Below, one piece after another: positions 1 to 12,111 of a stretch of DNA of 64,000 nt (its first letter is position 1; the number at the start of each line of letters is the position of its first letter). The DNA is from Octopus vulgaris. Lineage: Eukaryota. The notes beneath the pieces are model-generated. The model had not been told where the DNA came from, did not search any database, and worked only from the letters and a program-made list of their open reading frames with translations. Both the position numbers and the translations under genes were made by a program. The DNA lies in assembly GCA_951406725.2 (NCBI GenBank), contig OX597814.1, positions 100,316,001-100,380,000 on the forward strand, written 5' to 3'.

Positions 1-73
1 CCAGCCGGATCATGCTGGTTCCGTAAATTTTGAGAAACATCAAATTCACTCATCCGTCCATTTATATGTATGT

Positions 74-627
74 TGTGTCAGGTCACTTTCGAGTGCTACT
101 AGTAACATGTAACCCAGTACAACCTGTTGCATGGTCTGGTGGTCGACGACTAAACCGTCAACCCCACCAAGCTTGCTTGATGAGGAGGGTGTTTATTGGA
201 CACCCTGCGGGATGAAAAACAGAACCCGTCAAAAGGCGGAGGAACTCTTGAGAGTCAAAGGCTATCCAATAAATGTCTTAAGGATGTATCATGTGCGGGG
301 ACATAGAAATAATCGGACTGAATACCCGATCGCGCAGTTAAACTATTGGGAGTGAAGGACTCCTGGCCTTTGTTAGGGCATCCTTCAGGAGGAGGTAACT
401 CAGGTAACTGGGATGACTCCTACATAAAACCTGCGGCTCAGTGGTTACCGATGATGTTGACTTGTTCTTCTTTTCGGGTTAAGTCTGCTGTTGCTTAGTG
501 AGTGGGATTGACTCAGTACACAGCCTTTCCTCACTTAAAAAAAATCTTCTTGCACAGGCATTGCACGATAACAACATTGATTAAGCTTCGTACAATGGCC
601 ATACTCGATAACGAAGGGGCAGCCACC
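74..627 (+). mobile_element. Probable non-autonomous RTE-related retroposon with (ATGT)n tail
   Basis: The segment is GC-richer than its flanks and has no coding ORF. It contains GGGCATCCTTCAGGAGGAGGTAACTC...AAACC, which resembles RTE 5'UTR motifs. It runs directly into (ATGT)n, and ATGTATGT also precedes it at 66-73. The family assignment is inference. Confidence 0.4.
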
Positions 628-666
628 ATGTATGTATGTATGTATGTATGTATGTATGTATGTATG

Positions 667-700
<34 letters not shown>

Positions 701-870
701 TGTATATGTATGTATGAATGTATGTATGTATGTAGATAGATAAGGTAACTAGGCAGGCAGGCAGGTAGGTATGTTGGTAGGTAGGTAGGTAGGTAGGTAG
801 GTAGGTAGGTAGGTAGATAGGCAGACAAGCATGCAGGTAGGTAGGTAGGTACGTACGTACGTACGTATGT
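628..870. repeat. Compound microsatellite (TATG)n/(TAGG)n/(TACG)n
   Basis: Directly visible. Confidence 0.95.
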
Positions 871-2108
871 AGGGATGTATGCAAAGCATGTTTTATATCA
901 ATGTATTACCACATTATTAAGCGGCCGATTGACGGCTAATTCAGAGAGAGAGCCTTGTGATATTGCATTCACATTGTTAGTTCAACACAAACCGAAATAA
1001 TCTTTGTCTTTTATTCTCCCGAGTTCGAATCGATATCATAAATACCAGTATAGTACCGAGATCAGTATGTCTGCCTGCCTGTCCCTCCCTCTCTCTCTCT
1101 CTCTCTTTCTCTCTCTCACTTTCTCCTTCCCACACTCTCTTAAAATCAGAGATCTTGAGAGAAACGTACGATGTCACTCACAAAATATTTCCTTTAAGCC
1201 AATCACTACCTATCAAAATTGAAGAACGTGGTCACGGAGGCTCTAAGAGTCTTCCTGCTACATATTGATAATGATGATGATGACAGCAACGACGCTTATA
1301 ATGATGATGTACACAATGATGATTATATATTTAAAAAATCACTACACAACCACCACACAAAATCACGGTGTTTCACTTTCTCTATACAGCGCTTTATATA
1401 CAAATGAATTAAATTCTTCTCTGGTCAAACCGTCTATTTATCTCCTGTTCCATTTGAAGCTGTATATTTTTTCCTCGTCTTTCTTCCTATCGATTTACTT
1501 ATTTATTTATATATTTACTTACTCACTTTTTTTCCCATTTCATTTTATTTTCCAATACCCACTCTGTTGCTAAAATCGATTATCGATGTTCGCTGTTAAA
1601 TATTATTATTTTTATAGTTATTCATTTATTTTGTTGTATTGTCACATAGGTTGTCATTGCTGTTTCTTCAGGGTTTCATTTTGTTTTATTATTGATAGAC
1701 CGTTCCTTGCTATATTATTTTGTACTAGATATTTTTTTTATATATCCTTTTTCGTTGTTATTGACTATTATTTATTTACTTACTTCTATTGTTATTTCTC
1801 TTGTTGCTATTTTTGCCTTGGTTTGTTTCGGTAGTCATTAAATGCTCTCGTTGGTCACGTAGTATATTATCAAACGTTGTTATTGTCAGCCATATTATTG
1901 TTCTTGAGGGAGATTTTTATAGCTAATTCTGTGGCTGGTGTGTCCAGTTTGTGTTGTTATTTCTTTTTTGTGTGTGTGTTATTGATGTCACCGTTGTTAT
2001 TGTTGTTATGGTTTGTGTTGCCACTTTTGTAATAACTTGGTGTTTTTTTGTTTATTTTGCTTTTTGTTTCTACTTAGTGTTTATATAATAGTAGTAATAG
2101 CAATATCT

Positions 2109-2273
2109 GTAGTAGTAGTAGTAGTGGTGGTGGTGGTGGTGGTGGTAGTAGTAGTGGTGGTGGTGTTGGTGTTGGTGGTGGTGGTAGTAGTAGTGGTGGT
2201 TGTGGTGGTGGTGGTGGTGGTAGTAGTAGTAGTAGTAGTGGTGGTGGTGGTGGTAGTAGTAGTAGTGGTGGTG

Positions 2274-2313
<40 letters not shown>

Positions 2314-2350
2314 CAGCAGCAGCAACAGCTGCAGTAACAGCAACAGTAGC
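2109..2350. repeat. (GTA/GTG)n trinucleotide microsatellite
   Basis: Directly visible. It is the source of the poly-V/poly-T ORFs. Confidence 0.95.
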
Positions 2351-2357
2351 AGTAATA

Positions 2358-2520
2358 TTGGTTCCTAATTTTGGCACAAGGCCAGCAAATACGGGAGAGG
2401 GGTTAAGTTGAAGACATCGACCCAGTGCTCAACTGGCACTTATTTTATCGAACCCGAAAAGATGAGAAGCAAGATCCACTTCGGGGTAATTTGAACTCAG
2501 AACGTGCGAACGGAAGAATG
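2358..2520 (-). mobile_element. tRNA-derived SINE family B, diverged fragment
   Basis: The reverse complement matches the family B body (GTTCTGAGTTCAAAT...CATC-TTTCGGGTTCGATAAAATAAGT-CCAGTTGAGCACTGGG) seen at 44603-44830. Confidence 0.8.
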
Positions 2521-2937
2521 CAGCCTCAGTAATTATTTGGACAGAGTATCTAGTTGTGATTTTGGATGGCTGCAGGTCGATTTATAACTACCCGAGTTTC
2601 TCGTGGGTACTGAATATGAATTAGGAGCAAAAGAAGTTAAGTCCACAAAAACAGAATTTAAAGATGGGTATCCACCGTTTCTCTTAAACAAAAAGTGCAG
2701 TAACAAACGAGGTCATTTGAAAGCAGGAGTTATATACATACATATGTATAAATACATACACTCGTACATACATGTATGTATGGATGTATGTATGTAAGTG
2801 CATGTAACATCTATCTATCTAGCTATTTATCACGCAATCTCTTTCCCCAACTTCAATACGTGTGTTTGTATGTTTTTGCATGTGGTTGAATTGGTTGCGT
2901 GGGAGGGCGTGCGTATGTGTTTGTGTGTGTGTGTGTA

Positions 2938-2971
<34 letters not shown>

Positions 2972-2984
2972 CGTGTATGCATAT

Positions 2985-4035
2985 CATTGGCACTTTTGAT
3001 ACAAGAAGTTAACTTTGTAAAAGCGTAAAGTGGCAAGAAAAGTCCAAATATAAAAGCGAAGACAGTGTTTATTAAGTACGACAGAAGAAAATGAAGCTAA
3101 AAAAAAGGTTGATGTGAAGAAACTTGAACAAGTAAAAGAACTTGAAGTATTAATAAATCAGAAAGGTTGTTGTGAAGAAGTTACTCAAAGAATTAAGTTA
3201 AGACATTTATAGAAGTGATGAAATTCTTCCTTTCAAAATATATTCACTGCATCTAAAATTGGATAGAAACTTGGACGGTATACATAGTTATTAAATCTCT
3301 CTATATATATAAAGCTGAAGTTGTCTGTGTATGGCAGGTTTAGTAGCCTTCAACTAACACTTTCTCCTCCGAGACCCTGCGGCGCAAGTTGACCAAAATT
3401 GAGAGTATGACAGAAGAAGGCTTGCTCTTCCTTCCGTAGAAGAAAAAATTCAAATCGGATCATATTAACATCAAAAATTATTTACATCAAAAAGGTGCTT
3501 TTTTTCTATGAAAATCCCTATTTTTTACGATTTTTTGACTGCTGTGTCGCCATTTTTCAGTGTATTTCAGCCAGAAAAATGTTCACTTAAAGATAATAAC
3601 AAGCTACATAATACAATTGTTTTACTTTTCAAAAATTCCAATTCTAAAGGGTCGAAAAAAACCTGAGCAACGCCGGGCGATACTGCTAGTAAATGATAGA
3701 AACGTTTGAGACGTGGATCGTTAGCAGATGTGGCAGTATAAGCGAGAATGATAGGTTAACAAATGCTGCATTAATAGGAAATCTGGAAGTTGAAAGTCAC
3801 CGCTGTCGACAATCAAGTTCGGAAAGCTTTCATATTTAGGACATAAAATGTGCCACGAATCACTGCCCGAGACCATCCTGAAAGGGAGTGTTAAGTGACA
3901 GTGAAAGATGTTTGTGAAGAGATGATATCAAAGACTGGCCAAGAAATAAAGGCCTGGCTGACTGTATATACATGCAGTGCAACACAAAGCGAACTAGAGA
4001 ATCTTGGCAAGACAATCCCCGGAGTCAGGGAAAGC
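2985..4035 (+). mobile_element. Degraded RTE-clade LINE, RT C-terminal region, interrupted by a Helitron
   Basis: Translated pieces LEQVKELEVLINQKGCCEEVTQRIK, IETFETWIVSRCGSISENDRLTNA and YLGHKMCHESLPETILKGSVK follow the order of RTE motifs (FKYLGS..DG.CE.EI..RI; LEAFEMW..RRML.ISW.DRVTN; YFGH..R..L...ILQG). Confidence 0.7.
3296..3689 (+). mobile_element. Non-autonomous Helitron
   Basis: Starts A|TCTCTCTATATATATAAA. Ends with the subterminal hairpin CCTGAGCAACGCCGGG and CTGCTAG|T. There is no TSD and it sits in an AT dinucleotide. Confidence 0.9.
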
Positions 4036-4385
4036 GTCTGGCTAAGATATAAATATATATAAATAAGATGCTGTTGAATAAGGTACTTAAAGTTGAGATA
4101 CCTAGATAGGTCTGCAACTGAACTGGTGGCAGAATCATTGAATATATATATATTACCGTGGATTTTTAATTATTTTAAATTATTTTAAATGGCCTTTATT
4201 GTAAAATTCATGTATTCATTTGAAGAAAACTTTTTATAATGATATAATGTACTCATTTATCAATTAAGAATTCGTTAGAAACGACAGTAATGAATTGACA
4301 CCTATCCTTCAATAGTTATACACACACACACACACACACACACGCATACACATATAAAGCTTAACTATTTTAATATATACTTACT

Positions 4386-4531
4386 CTTATAAGCGTGCAC
4401 CGTGTATTGGCTATCGAAAATAGTCAAATATTAGGCATATAAGTACTCGACGGAGAAAATGGGTATTAGTACGCATGGGAATCAAACCCAAGTCTATTTT
4501 CTATCCCCAATATGTGGCGAACGCTTATAAG
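4386..4531. mobile_element. MITE-like element with ~38-bp imperfect inverted repeats
   Basis: Left CTTATAAGCGTGCACCGTGTATTGGCTATCGAAAATAG; reverse complement of the right end CTTATAAGCGTTCGCCACATATTGGGGATAGAAAATAG. Confidence 0.6.
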
Positions 4532-5474
4532 CTTCAGCTTATAATTATATTTACAGAATTTTCACTTGTCACTGTTTCTTAACTTAACGTAAAATATGCA
4601 CACATAAGCACACACTCTCACACACAGACATATGTATAATTAGCATCAGCAAATCCCCCGTCACTACCGACATTAGTACAACGGAAACAAAACAGAAACA
4701 GTTTTGCACAAGCGTGTCTTCAAGTTGTGAAAATGTTGACGTGTCGGAAAAAGCATTAAGTGACGCCAAAGCATACATTTCACGGAATGGGAGAATAATA
4801 TTACTAAACACGCCAAAAGAAATACAAGACATTAGAGAAAAATTTATCTACAAGTGTATTTCATCAGGAGACAGGAGACAAGAGCAAGAGACGCAAGCCC
4901 AGACCGAAAATTCAGAAAGACCAATCTGGGGATGAAAAAGTGTCGTCTGTGAGAGATGCTTTGGCACAGCTGAGATGGGATTCCCAACTGAATAAAAAGT
5001 GAGATAAATTGTAACAACAACCTTTACAAATGTGAATTGTCGTTAATTTCGACTTACCTTGATCGGATAGTGGCTAAAATAAAAGTATTAGAGGTACCAT
5101 CAGAAGTGGACATCTGTTTGCAGGTAGCAGCCTTATTATGTGACACGGAAGATAAAACAACTCGTCAAATGTGGACAATTGGGAAAAGAGAATTGACCAG
5201 ACACGAGAATGGAATTGTTGATACAGACTGATTAGAACAATATCGAAGCCTGACCTGATAAACTTCCCAAAGATGCACAGTTATTCGTAGCCGACAAGGG
5301 CATAAAGCTGAGATCTACAATTATGGCGAAATAAACCACTTATATGATTTCTTTTCCACACAAAGAAAAGAAAATCATCAGCTGCTGCAGACACCTCTCT
5401 CACAACAACACCAATAGCATCGGTGCAAAGCAGCGTCATTCCAAACAACAACATCAACATAAGGCTGAGCCAGT

Positions 5475-5713
5475 TGTATATATGTATATACATGTATGTG
5501 TGTGTATATGTTTGTGTGTCGGTGTTTGTCCCCCCAACATCGCTTAACAACCGATGCTGGTGTGTTTACGTCCCGGTAACTTAGCGGTTCGGCAAAAAGA
5601 GACCGATAGAATAAGTACTAGGCTTACGAAGAATAAGTCCTGGCGTCGATTTGCTCGACTAAAAGCCGTGCTCCAGCATGGCCACAGTCAAATGACTGAA
5701 ACAAGTAAAATAG
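5475..5713 (+). mobile_element. SINE family A, 3' half
   Basis: Matches the 3' half of the full copy at 29176-29587 (…GTAACTTAGCGGTTCGGCAAAAGAGACCGATAGAATAAGTACTAGG…CAAATGACTGAAACAAGTAAAA). Confidence 0.9.
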
Positions 5714-5725
5714 TATCATTATTAT

Positions 5726-6122
5726 TTTTCAGTAGTCCTTATTTTTATCACGAGCTTTCATTGCGCTACCGAGCGCAGTTCTATGTGCTTTGGGCGTGTG
5801 CTGTGGTTTGTTGTGATGTTCTAATTTTTACTATATTGAAAGTGTTTTCCGTAGGATGTGTGCAGTGTCTAGTAGTGCTATTTTCTGTATGTTATATATA
5901 CTTGTTAGTCCTGGTGTTTTTGTTATGTATTTGTCTGAATATTTTTTATCATGCCTAATGCGCCTGCTATAACAGCGATTGCTTCTGTTCTTTGTCTTAG
6001 ACTCCACGTCCAAGTTACCTCTATTTCAAGATCATCGTATTTTGAAAATTCCTCCTTTTCTTTTAGAGAAACGTTGTCATCTGTTGGTATTGATACATCG
6101 ATTAGAAAGCATTTATCATTAG
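5726..6122 (-). mobile_element. 5'-truncated R4/Dong-type LINE (restriction-like endonuclease C-terminus plus 3'UTR)
   Basis: The minus strand encodes KCFLIDVSIPTDDNVSLKEKEEFSKYDDLEIEV…GALGMIKK…IQKIALLDTAHILRKTLSI, the RLE end typical of R4/Dong elements. It is frameshifted. Confidence 0.85.
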
Positions 6123-6163
6123 TATTTTTGTTGTTGTTGTTTTTGTTGTTGTTGTTGTTGTTA

Positions 6164-6235
<72 letters not shown>

Positions 6236-6592
6236 GAGTGAGAGAGCAGTGCATGCCATCAAAGTGACACTGGGGTAAAATATACGAAGCCCAGTTTACC
6301 CATCATGACTATCCGTCTGATAAAGGTACACCAGGCGCACGCATCACAACCATATGTGCGTGACATGGTGATCTCATATCAAGATAAACAGCGCATGACC
6401 TTGCAGGTGGGGCCCAGTTAGAATTTTCTTCTGGTCGAGTAGCCCATCCCACTCAAAAGGGCTCTGAATAAGGATTGTTAAAGGATGTTGAACGAACCAC
6501 CCATGTTTCCAGAAGTGAATTATCCAAACCTCTAAGAATTCCTTTCAACACACGGCTATGATGCTCCCCCATTCAAAACACAGCTATGATGC
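6236..6592 (-). mobile_element. Unidentified non-coding retroposon (family X), 5'-truncated, in (TAA)n
   Basis: Aligns to 7455-7790 and 25555-25810. All copies share the end …GCTCTCTC(ACTC) followed by (AAT)n. Confidence 0.85.
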
Positions 6593-6619
6593 TTATTATT
6601 ATTATTATTATTATTATTA

Positions 6620-7297
6620 CTTTTTTTTTCTTCTTTCAAATTTTCTTCCATTTCTTGCCGAGTGTCTTCCCGACTCCTAGGGCAAAGATATTCATAGTGT
6701 ATATTGGTAGGCCATTAAACCAAACTCAGTAGTTCGTTCATTTTTTTTTTTTTTTTAAAGTTAAATTAAAATACATGAGCAGCAACAGTTCTCACATCGA
6801 CAATGCTCTTCTCAATACGTGTGATGTACCAGTTAAGACAATCTTTTGCACTTCTTGCAGGGATGGTAAGCCAGGGATCATTCTCATATAATTTTCGGTT
6901 CCCTTCTTGATCATTCCTAGTGCTCCTACGATCACTGGTATTGTAACCGCCTTGAGATGCCACATTTTCTCAATTTCAATGAGTAGGTCTTTATATTTTC
7001 TGAGCTTGTCAAACTCTTTCGCTGAGATATTATGATCACAGGGGATGCTCATGTCGATCAATAAGCAAACTTTATTGTTTTGGTCTTTCACAACAATATC
7101 TGGTTTATTGGCCTTGATGGTTCGGTCTGTATGTACTGAAAAGTCCCACAGAATGGTTACATTTTCTCCTTCAGTTACAGCCTCAGGGTGGTGATTATAC
7201 CACTTGTCGGCAGTTTTGATATTGTAATGCCGAATTATTAGCCAGTGGAGATATTGGCCAACTCTGTCATGTCTTAATTTATACTCCACTGGTGCTA
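6620..7297 (-). mobile_element. 5'-truncated R4/Dong-type LINE with uninterrupted RLE-domain ORF (6792-7289)
   Basis: ORF EYKLRHDRVG…WYNHHPE…ILWDFSVHTDRTIKANKPDIVV…LLIDMSIP…KLRKYKDL…PVIVGALG…QKIVLTGTSHVLRRAL carries the RHD and PD..D motifs of the RLE domain. It is flanked by (TAA)n on both sides. Confidence 0.92.
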
Positions 7298-7454
<157 letters not shown>

Positions 7455-8009
7455 GAGTGAGAGAGCAGTTCATGCCATCAAAGTGACACTGGGGTAAAAT
7501 ATACGAAGCCCAATATACCCATCATGACTACCCGTCTGATAAGGGTACACCAGGCACATGCATCACAACCATATGTGCGCGACATGGTGATCTCATATCA
7601 AGATAAACAGCACATGACCTTGCCAGTGGGGCCCAGTTAGAATTTTCTTCAGGTCGAGTAGCCCATCCTGCTCAAAAGGTCCCTGAATAAGGGTTGCTTT
7701 AGGATGATGAACGAAACACCCATGTTTCCAAAGGTGAATTATTCAAACCCCAAAGAATCCCTCTCAACACACGGATATGATGCTCCCCCACTACTTCTGC
7801 TCGTGATCAGAGATGCACATATTGTCAGCCACTAAGGGACATACTCAACTGGTTAAAGTCAAACAACTGACAAGCAAATCTGTGGTATTGAGCAGAATAT
7901 TTGCTGTAGTCCATCTTTTATACCAAGACAAAACAATGTACATGATAACACTTCCAATCAGTTAAGATCAGAGGCCATGAGAGCCACTGCCTGGTACTGC
8001 ATCAGGGCA

Positions 8010-8012
<3 letters not shown>
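7455..8012 (-). mobile_element. Family X retroposon, longest copy (~560 bp), in (TAA)n
   Basis: No ORF. It is flanked by (TAT)n at 7298-7454 and 8013-8116, and is homologous to the 6236 and 25555 copies. Confidence 0.85.
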
Positions 8013-8081
<69 letters not shown>

Positions 8082-8116
8082 CATTATTATTATTATCATT
8101 ATTATTATTATTATTA

Positions 8117-8330
8117 AGGCGGGCTAGCAGAATCGTTAGCACGCAAGGCAAAAAGTTTAGCGGCATTTCGTCTGTCTTTACCTTCGGGTTTCAAATTCCG
8201 CTGGTGTCGACTTTGCCTTTCATCCTTTTGGGGGATCAATAAAATAAGTACCAGTTGAGTACTGGGGTCGATGTAATCGACTAGTCTCCTCCCTCAAATT
8301 TCAGGCCTCGTACCTATAGTAGAAAGGGCT
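8117..8330 (+). mobile_element. SINE family B
   Basis: tRNA-like head (GCTAGCAGAATCGTTAGC, GGTTTCAAATTCC B-box) followed by the core GCCTTTCATCCTTTTGGGGGATCAATAAAATAAGTACCAG. Confidence 0.88.
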
Positions 8331-8849
8331 ATTACATTATTGTTGTTGCTTCTGTTCCCCCATCACTACCACCACCACCACCACCACCACCACCACCACC
8401 TCACTTCAGCCCTCTTACTCATAGAGTTTTTATGGTTCAGCAGTTAAGACTGGGGGAGTTATTAAAGGTAATTAGTAAATCTTTCGTTATGTCTAATCAA
8501 TTAGATGAAATCTATAAGGTAATGTAACAAATGAATTGGAAGAATGGCTACATACATCAAACTCATCTGAAACAAGTCACTCCGATAAACCACTCACACA
8601 CACACACGCACACACGTGCGCGCTCACATACACACGTACACACGTGCGTACACTCACGTACACCTAATTGCTTATACAAAAACGTACACCTAATTACTTA
8701 CACACATACTCGTACGGGTGCGCGCACAGACAAGAAAGGAGACGCGTATTCATCCGCTGACGTTCACAAAATGGAGTATATCGAACATTAGAGATATCTA
8801 ACTTGCGTGTAATTGTCGTATGGTTTTATAGTCATCAACATTGTTTCTA

Positions 8850-9520
8850 GTGTTGTTGGTGGTGTTGGTGGTAGTGGTGGTGGTGGTGGTGGTGGTGATA
8901 AGGTGGCCGTGTTATGGCGGTTGTGAGGGGGGTGATGAAGGTGGCCGTACTATAGCGGTTGTAGGTGGTGGTGGTGGTGGTGGTGGTGGTTGTCAGTTGT
9001 GGTGTTGGTAATAGTGGTGGTTGTAGTTCAAGTGGTTTTTCCGGCAAGATATGTGAGGTTACGCAACAGGTATATTAGCAGTGGTGGTGCTGATTGTGGT
9101 GGTGGTATTGTAATAGTTCTTGTGGTGGGATTTTAGTGGATGGATGGGGGTTGGAGTGGTGGTGGTGGTAGTGACGATTTTAGTGGAGGCGGTAGTGGTA
9201 GTGGTGGTGGTGGTACTGGCGGTATAGTTGTAGTAATGATGGTGGTGATGGCTGTGGTGCAGTGGTGGTCGCAGTGGTAAAGGTAGTTGCGGTGACAGTG
9301 GTAGTGGTGGTTGTAGTTAGTGATTGTGGCGATAGTGGTGGTGGTGGTTGTAGTAGTTGGTCGTAGTAGTTGATAGTGGTGACAGAGGTGGTATAGGCGG
9401 CAATAGCAGCGGCAGTGGTAGTAGAGGCGGTTGTGATGATAGTGGCGGTGGTGGTGGTGTTGGAGGCGGTTGTTATTCTAATGGCGGTGGCGGTGGTGGT
9501 GGTAGTAGTAGTAGTAGTAG

Positions 9521-9593
<73 letters not shown>

Positions 9594-9610
9594 TGTGGCG
9601 GTGGTGGTGG
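8850..9610. repeat. Degenerate (GGT/GTA/GCA)n low-complexity tract
   Basis: Directly visible. Confidence 0.9.
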
Positions 9611-10446
9611 CGAAGACTGCGATTATGATTGTAAGATACGCATGAATGTTAGTAACCGTGTTTAAAGTGCTCCTGATGTTAACGGAGGTGAACGCAGTAA
9701 TAGCGAGTATTGGTGATATCATTATTGTTGTTGGTAGATGGTGTTGCAACCGTGTTAGTATTTATATCGCTTGTGTTAATTGTATCGTTTCGAGTAACAC
9801 GCCACTTGAAGAATTTTGTGAGAAAATCAATTGCTAATTGATTATTATCGATAATAATCGATGGCATTGTCTTTTTTTCAGGTATATGCCCATGTTGAGA
9901 GCGTATAAATAACTACTACCGCACATGAAAGTACCACACGTGATAGGTACTTAAGATAAGGTGTTTTAAAGGTAAGGCATTACTAAACATATAATCACAA
10001 ACAGTAATCACACGGTTAATTAAATCAAATTCGTTCTGGTTATAGCAACAATAATTAGACGAAAGACAAGTATCCTCGTCAATAAGACACCCGTCTACTT
10101 GCAGTAAACTTTCAGGAAAGAGAAGTTATATGCAAGGGACAAAAAAGCGCTCGCCATACTTACGGCGGTGTAGTTCTTCGTAACTCGCGTTCAAATGCTA
10201 CAAGAAATAACAAAATAAAAAAAAGGGACACAATGGATAAAGTAGTCCGAGATACAGTAAAGTACGTTCATGTATAGAACAGGCTTAAAATAGGTTGCTA
10301 AATCAAATTCATCAACAAGAGCCAAAATGTGATCAACAACAATTCAACAATATTTGGCGTACTTAGTTCTTATGTCTTTCACTGAAGTATTTCGTTTTTT
10401 CTCGTACGGTTCCAGCAGTATATCAATAGTTCTATAAGAAAAAAAA

Positions 10447-10542
10447 ATCGTGAGGTATATTTGCCACTTAAATGTGGCTAACCCTTAACGGTGGATACCC
10501 TTAAGAGTAAGCCACATTTAAGTGGCAAATATACTTCACGAT
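10447..10542. repeat. Near-perfect hairpin with ~42-bp arms
   Basis: Left ATCGTGAGGTATATTTGCCACTTAAATGTGGCTAACCCTTAA; reverse complement of the right arm ATCGTGAAGTATATTTGCCACTTAAATGTGGCTTACTCTTAA. Confidence 0.9.
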
Positions 10543-11863
10543 GTCGTGCAGCTACTGTTTATACCTAGCTTAGAGATATATTTTTAAAAACTGTCTTAGC
10601 CTATTTCCAATGGGTCTCCGTTTCTGAAGAAAAGCATAATGCTAGTAGTCTCGGACTCCCCCTCTATCCTCCTCCTAATCATCATCATCGTCATCACCAT
10701 CATCATCATCAGCAGCAGCGACAGCCGCATCGTTCGAGGAAATGTTTTCTGGAACTCCTTATTGTAACATGCGAGAAATTTCTGAACTAGATATCCTCTA
10801 ACCAACAGCCTACAGACTCCATGCCCTTTTCATCAGTATTGCTATCGGAGTTTTGTTTTTACTTTTCTTTCTTTTATTATTTTGTTTTTACTCCGAGCCT
10901 GCATGAAATTTTCTACGCAGTCTGACTTCATAAAAGAACGGTTTCTTTCCATGATATCCCGGTCTCAGATCGAAATGAGTTATAACTCGTAGATTTACGT
11001 GAGAGCGCTTAAGGAACATAGTTAGTAATTAGAATATCATAGACCAATACTTTTGCGTTGCTGCATTAAGAACAATACTATTTTCAGTAGAACACTTGCA
11101 TTTATTTTTGTTTCACTTTGTTCCAAGTTCAAATAGCACCAGAGGTCAAGTTTGACTGTGTAGCAACTTGGGCTTTTGTATTTATTTCATCACTGTTTTG
11201 AGTTGACAAATAACTCATGAGAGGAATTTAGCACATGGAAAATGTGAAGAAACAACCGCCCACGCACACACACACACACACGCACACATACACACCGACA
11301 CTCATATATATATATGTTCATATGTAGGAGTGCATAAGTTTGTGTATCCCGAATGGTGAAAGATGCACAGTGCAAGATAACTACGTAAAGCGATGCTTTC
11401 GAGCGAAACCCTTGGCTGTGTTTGTCTGTATTTGTATTTATAACTATCCTTAGTAACTCTCGTCGGTAGAAATGCATTGAAACAAACGACTGTCCTGTTG
11501 GAAACTTCTAATGAACGAAACTGTTAGATAACATTTACCACATAAATGCATGAACAAAGATTAAAACATACTCAGTATATTTATTTCACTATAGCTTTCC
11601 TTGAAAATGTGTGGTCTTGCGCCAGTAGCAGAAACCAGTGTATAAGAGCAGTGTCTGTCTAAATCAGTAGAGTGCTTGGCAAAGTGTCTGGTATAATTTA
11701 TTTGTATCTTCCTACATTGTCTCGGGTTGAAACGGGTTAACTTTACTAGCCTTAATAGTTCGGTAAAATATAAAGTAGTTTAGTGCTGGCGTCGATTAAG
11801 ATTACTTGATCTCCTTCCTAAGATATTTCAGGCGTCCCTGTGCCTACGATATGACTCATAATA

Positions 11864-12028
11864 CGCGTGTTAGTTAGTGGGTGAGTGAGTGTTCGGTTCT
11901 CCCAAACCACACAGATCTGGGTTCAGTCCCACGACGTGACACCTTAGGCAAATGTCTTCTATTATAGTTTCGGGCCAACCAAAGATCTGTGAGTGGATTT
12001 CGTTGAGGAAAACTGAAAGAGGTCCGTC

Positions 12029-12111
<83 letters not shown>

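Noticed and set aside
4714-4960. 73-aa ORF with HISRMG-like and RGRP-like pieces
   Set aside because: It is possibly a very old RTE 3' relic, but too decayed to annotate and not a credible gene.
9882-9971. 90-bp segment with good acceptor (tttttttcag) and donor (AAG|gtaagg) on the plus strand
   Set aside because: It has stop codons in all three frames, so it could only be a UTR or non-coding exon, and nothing else supports that.
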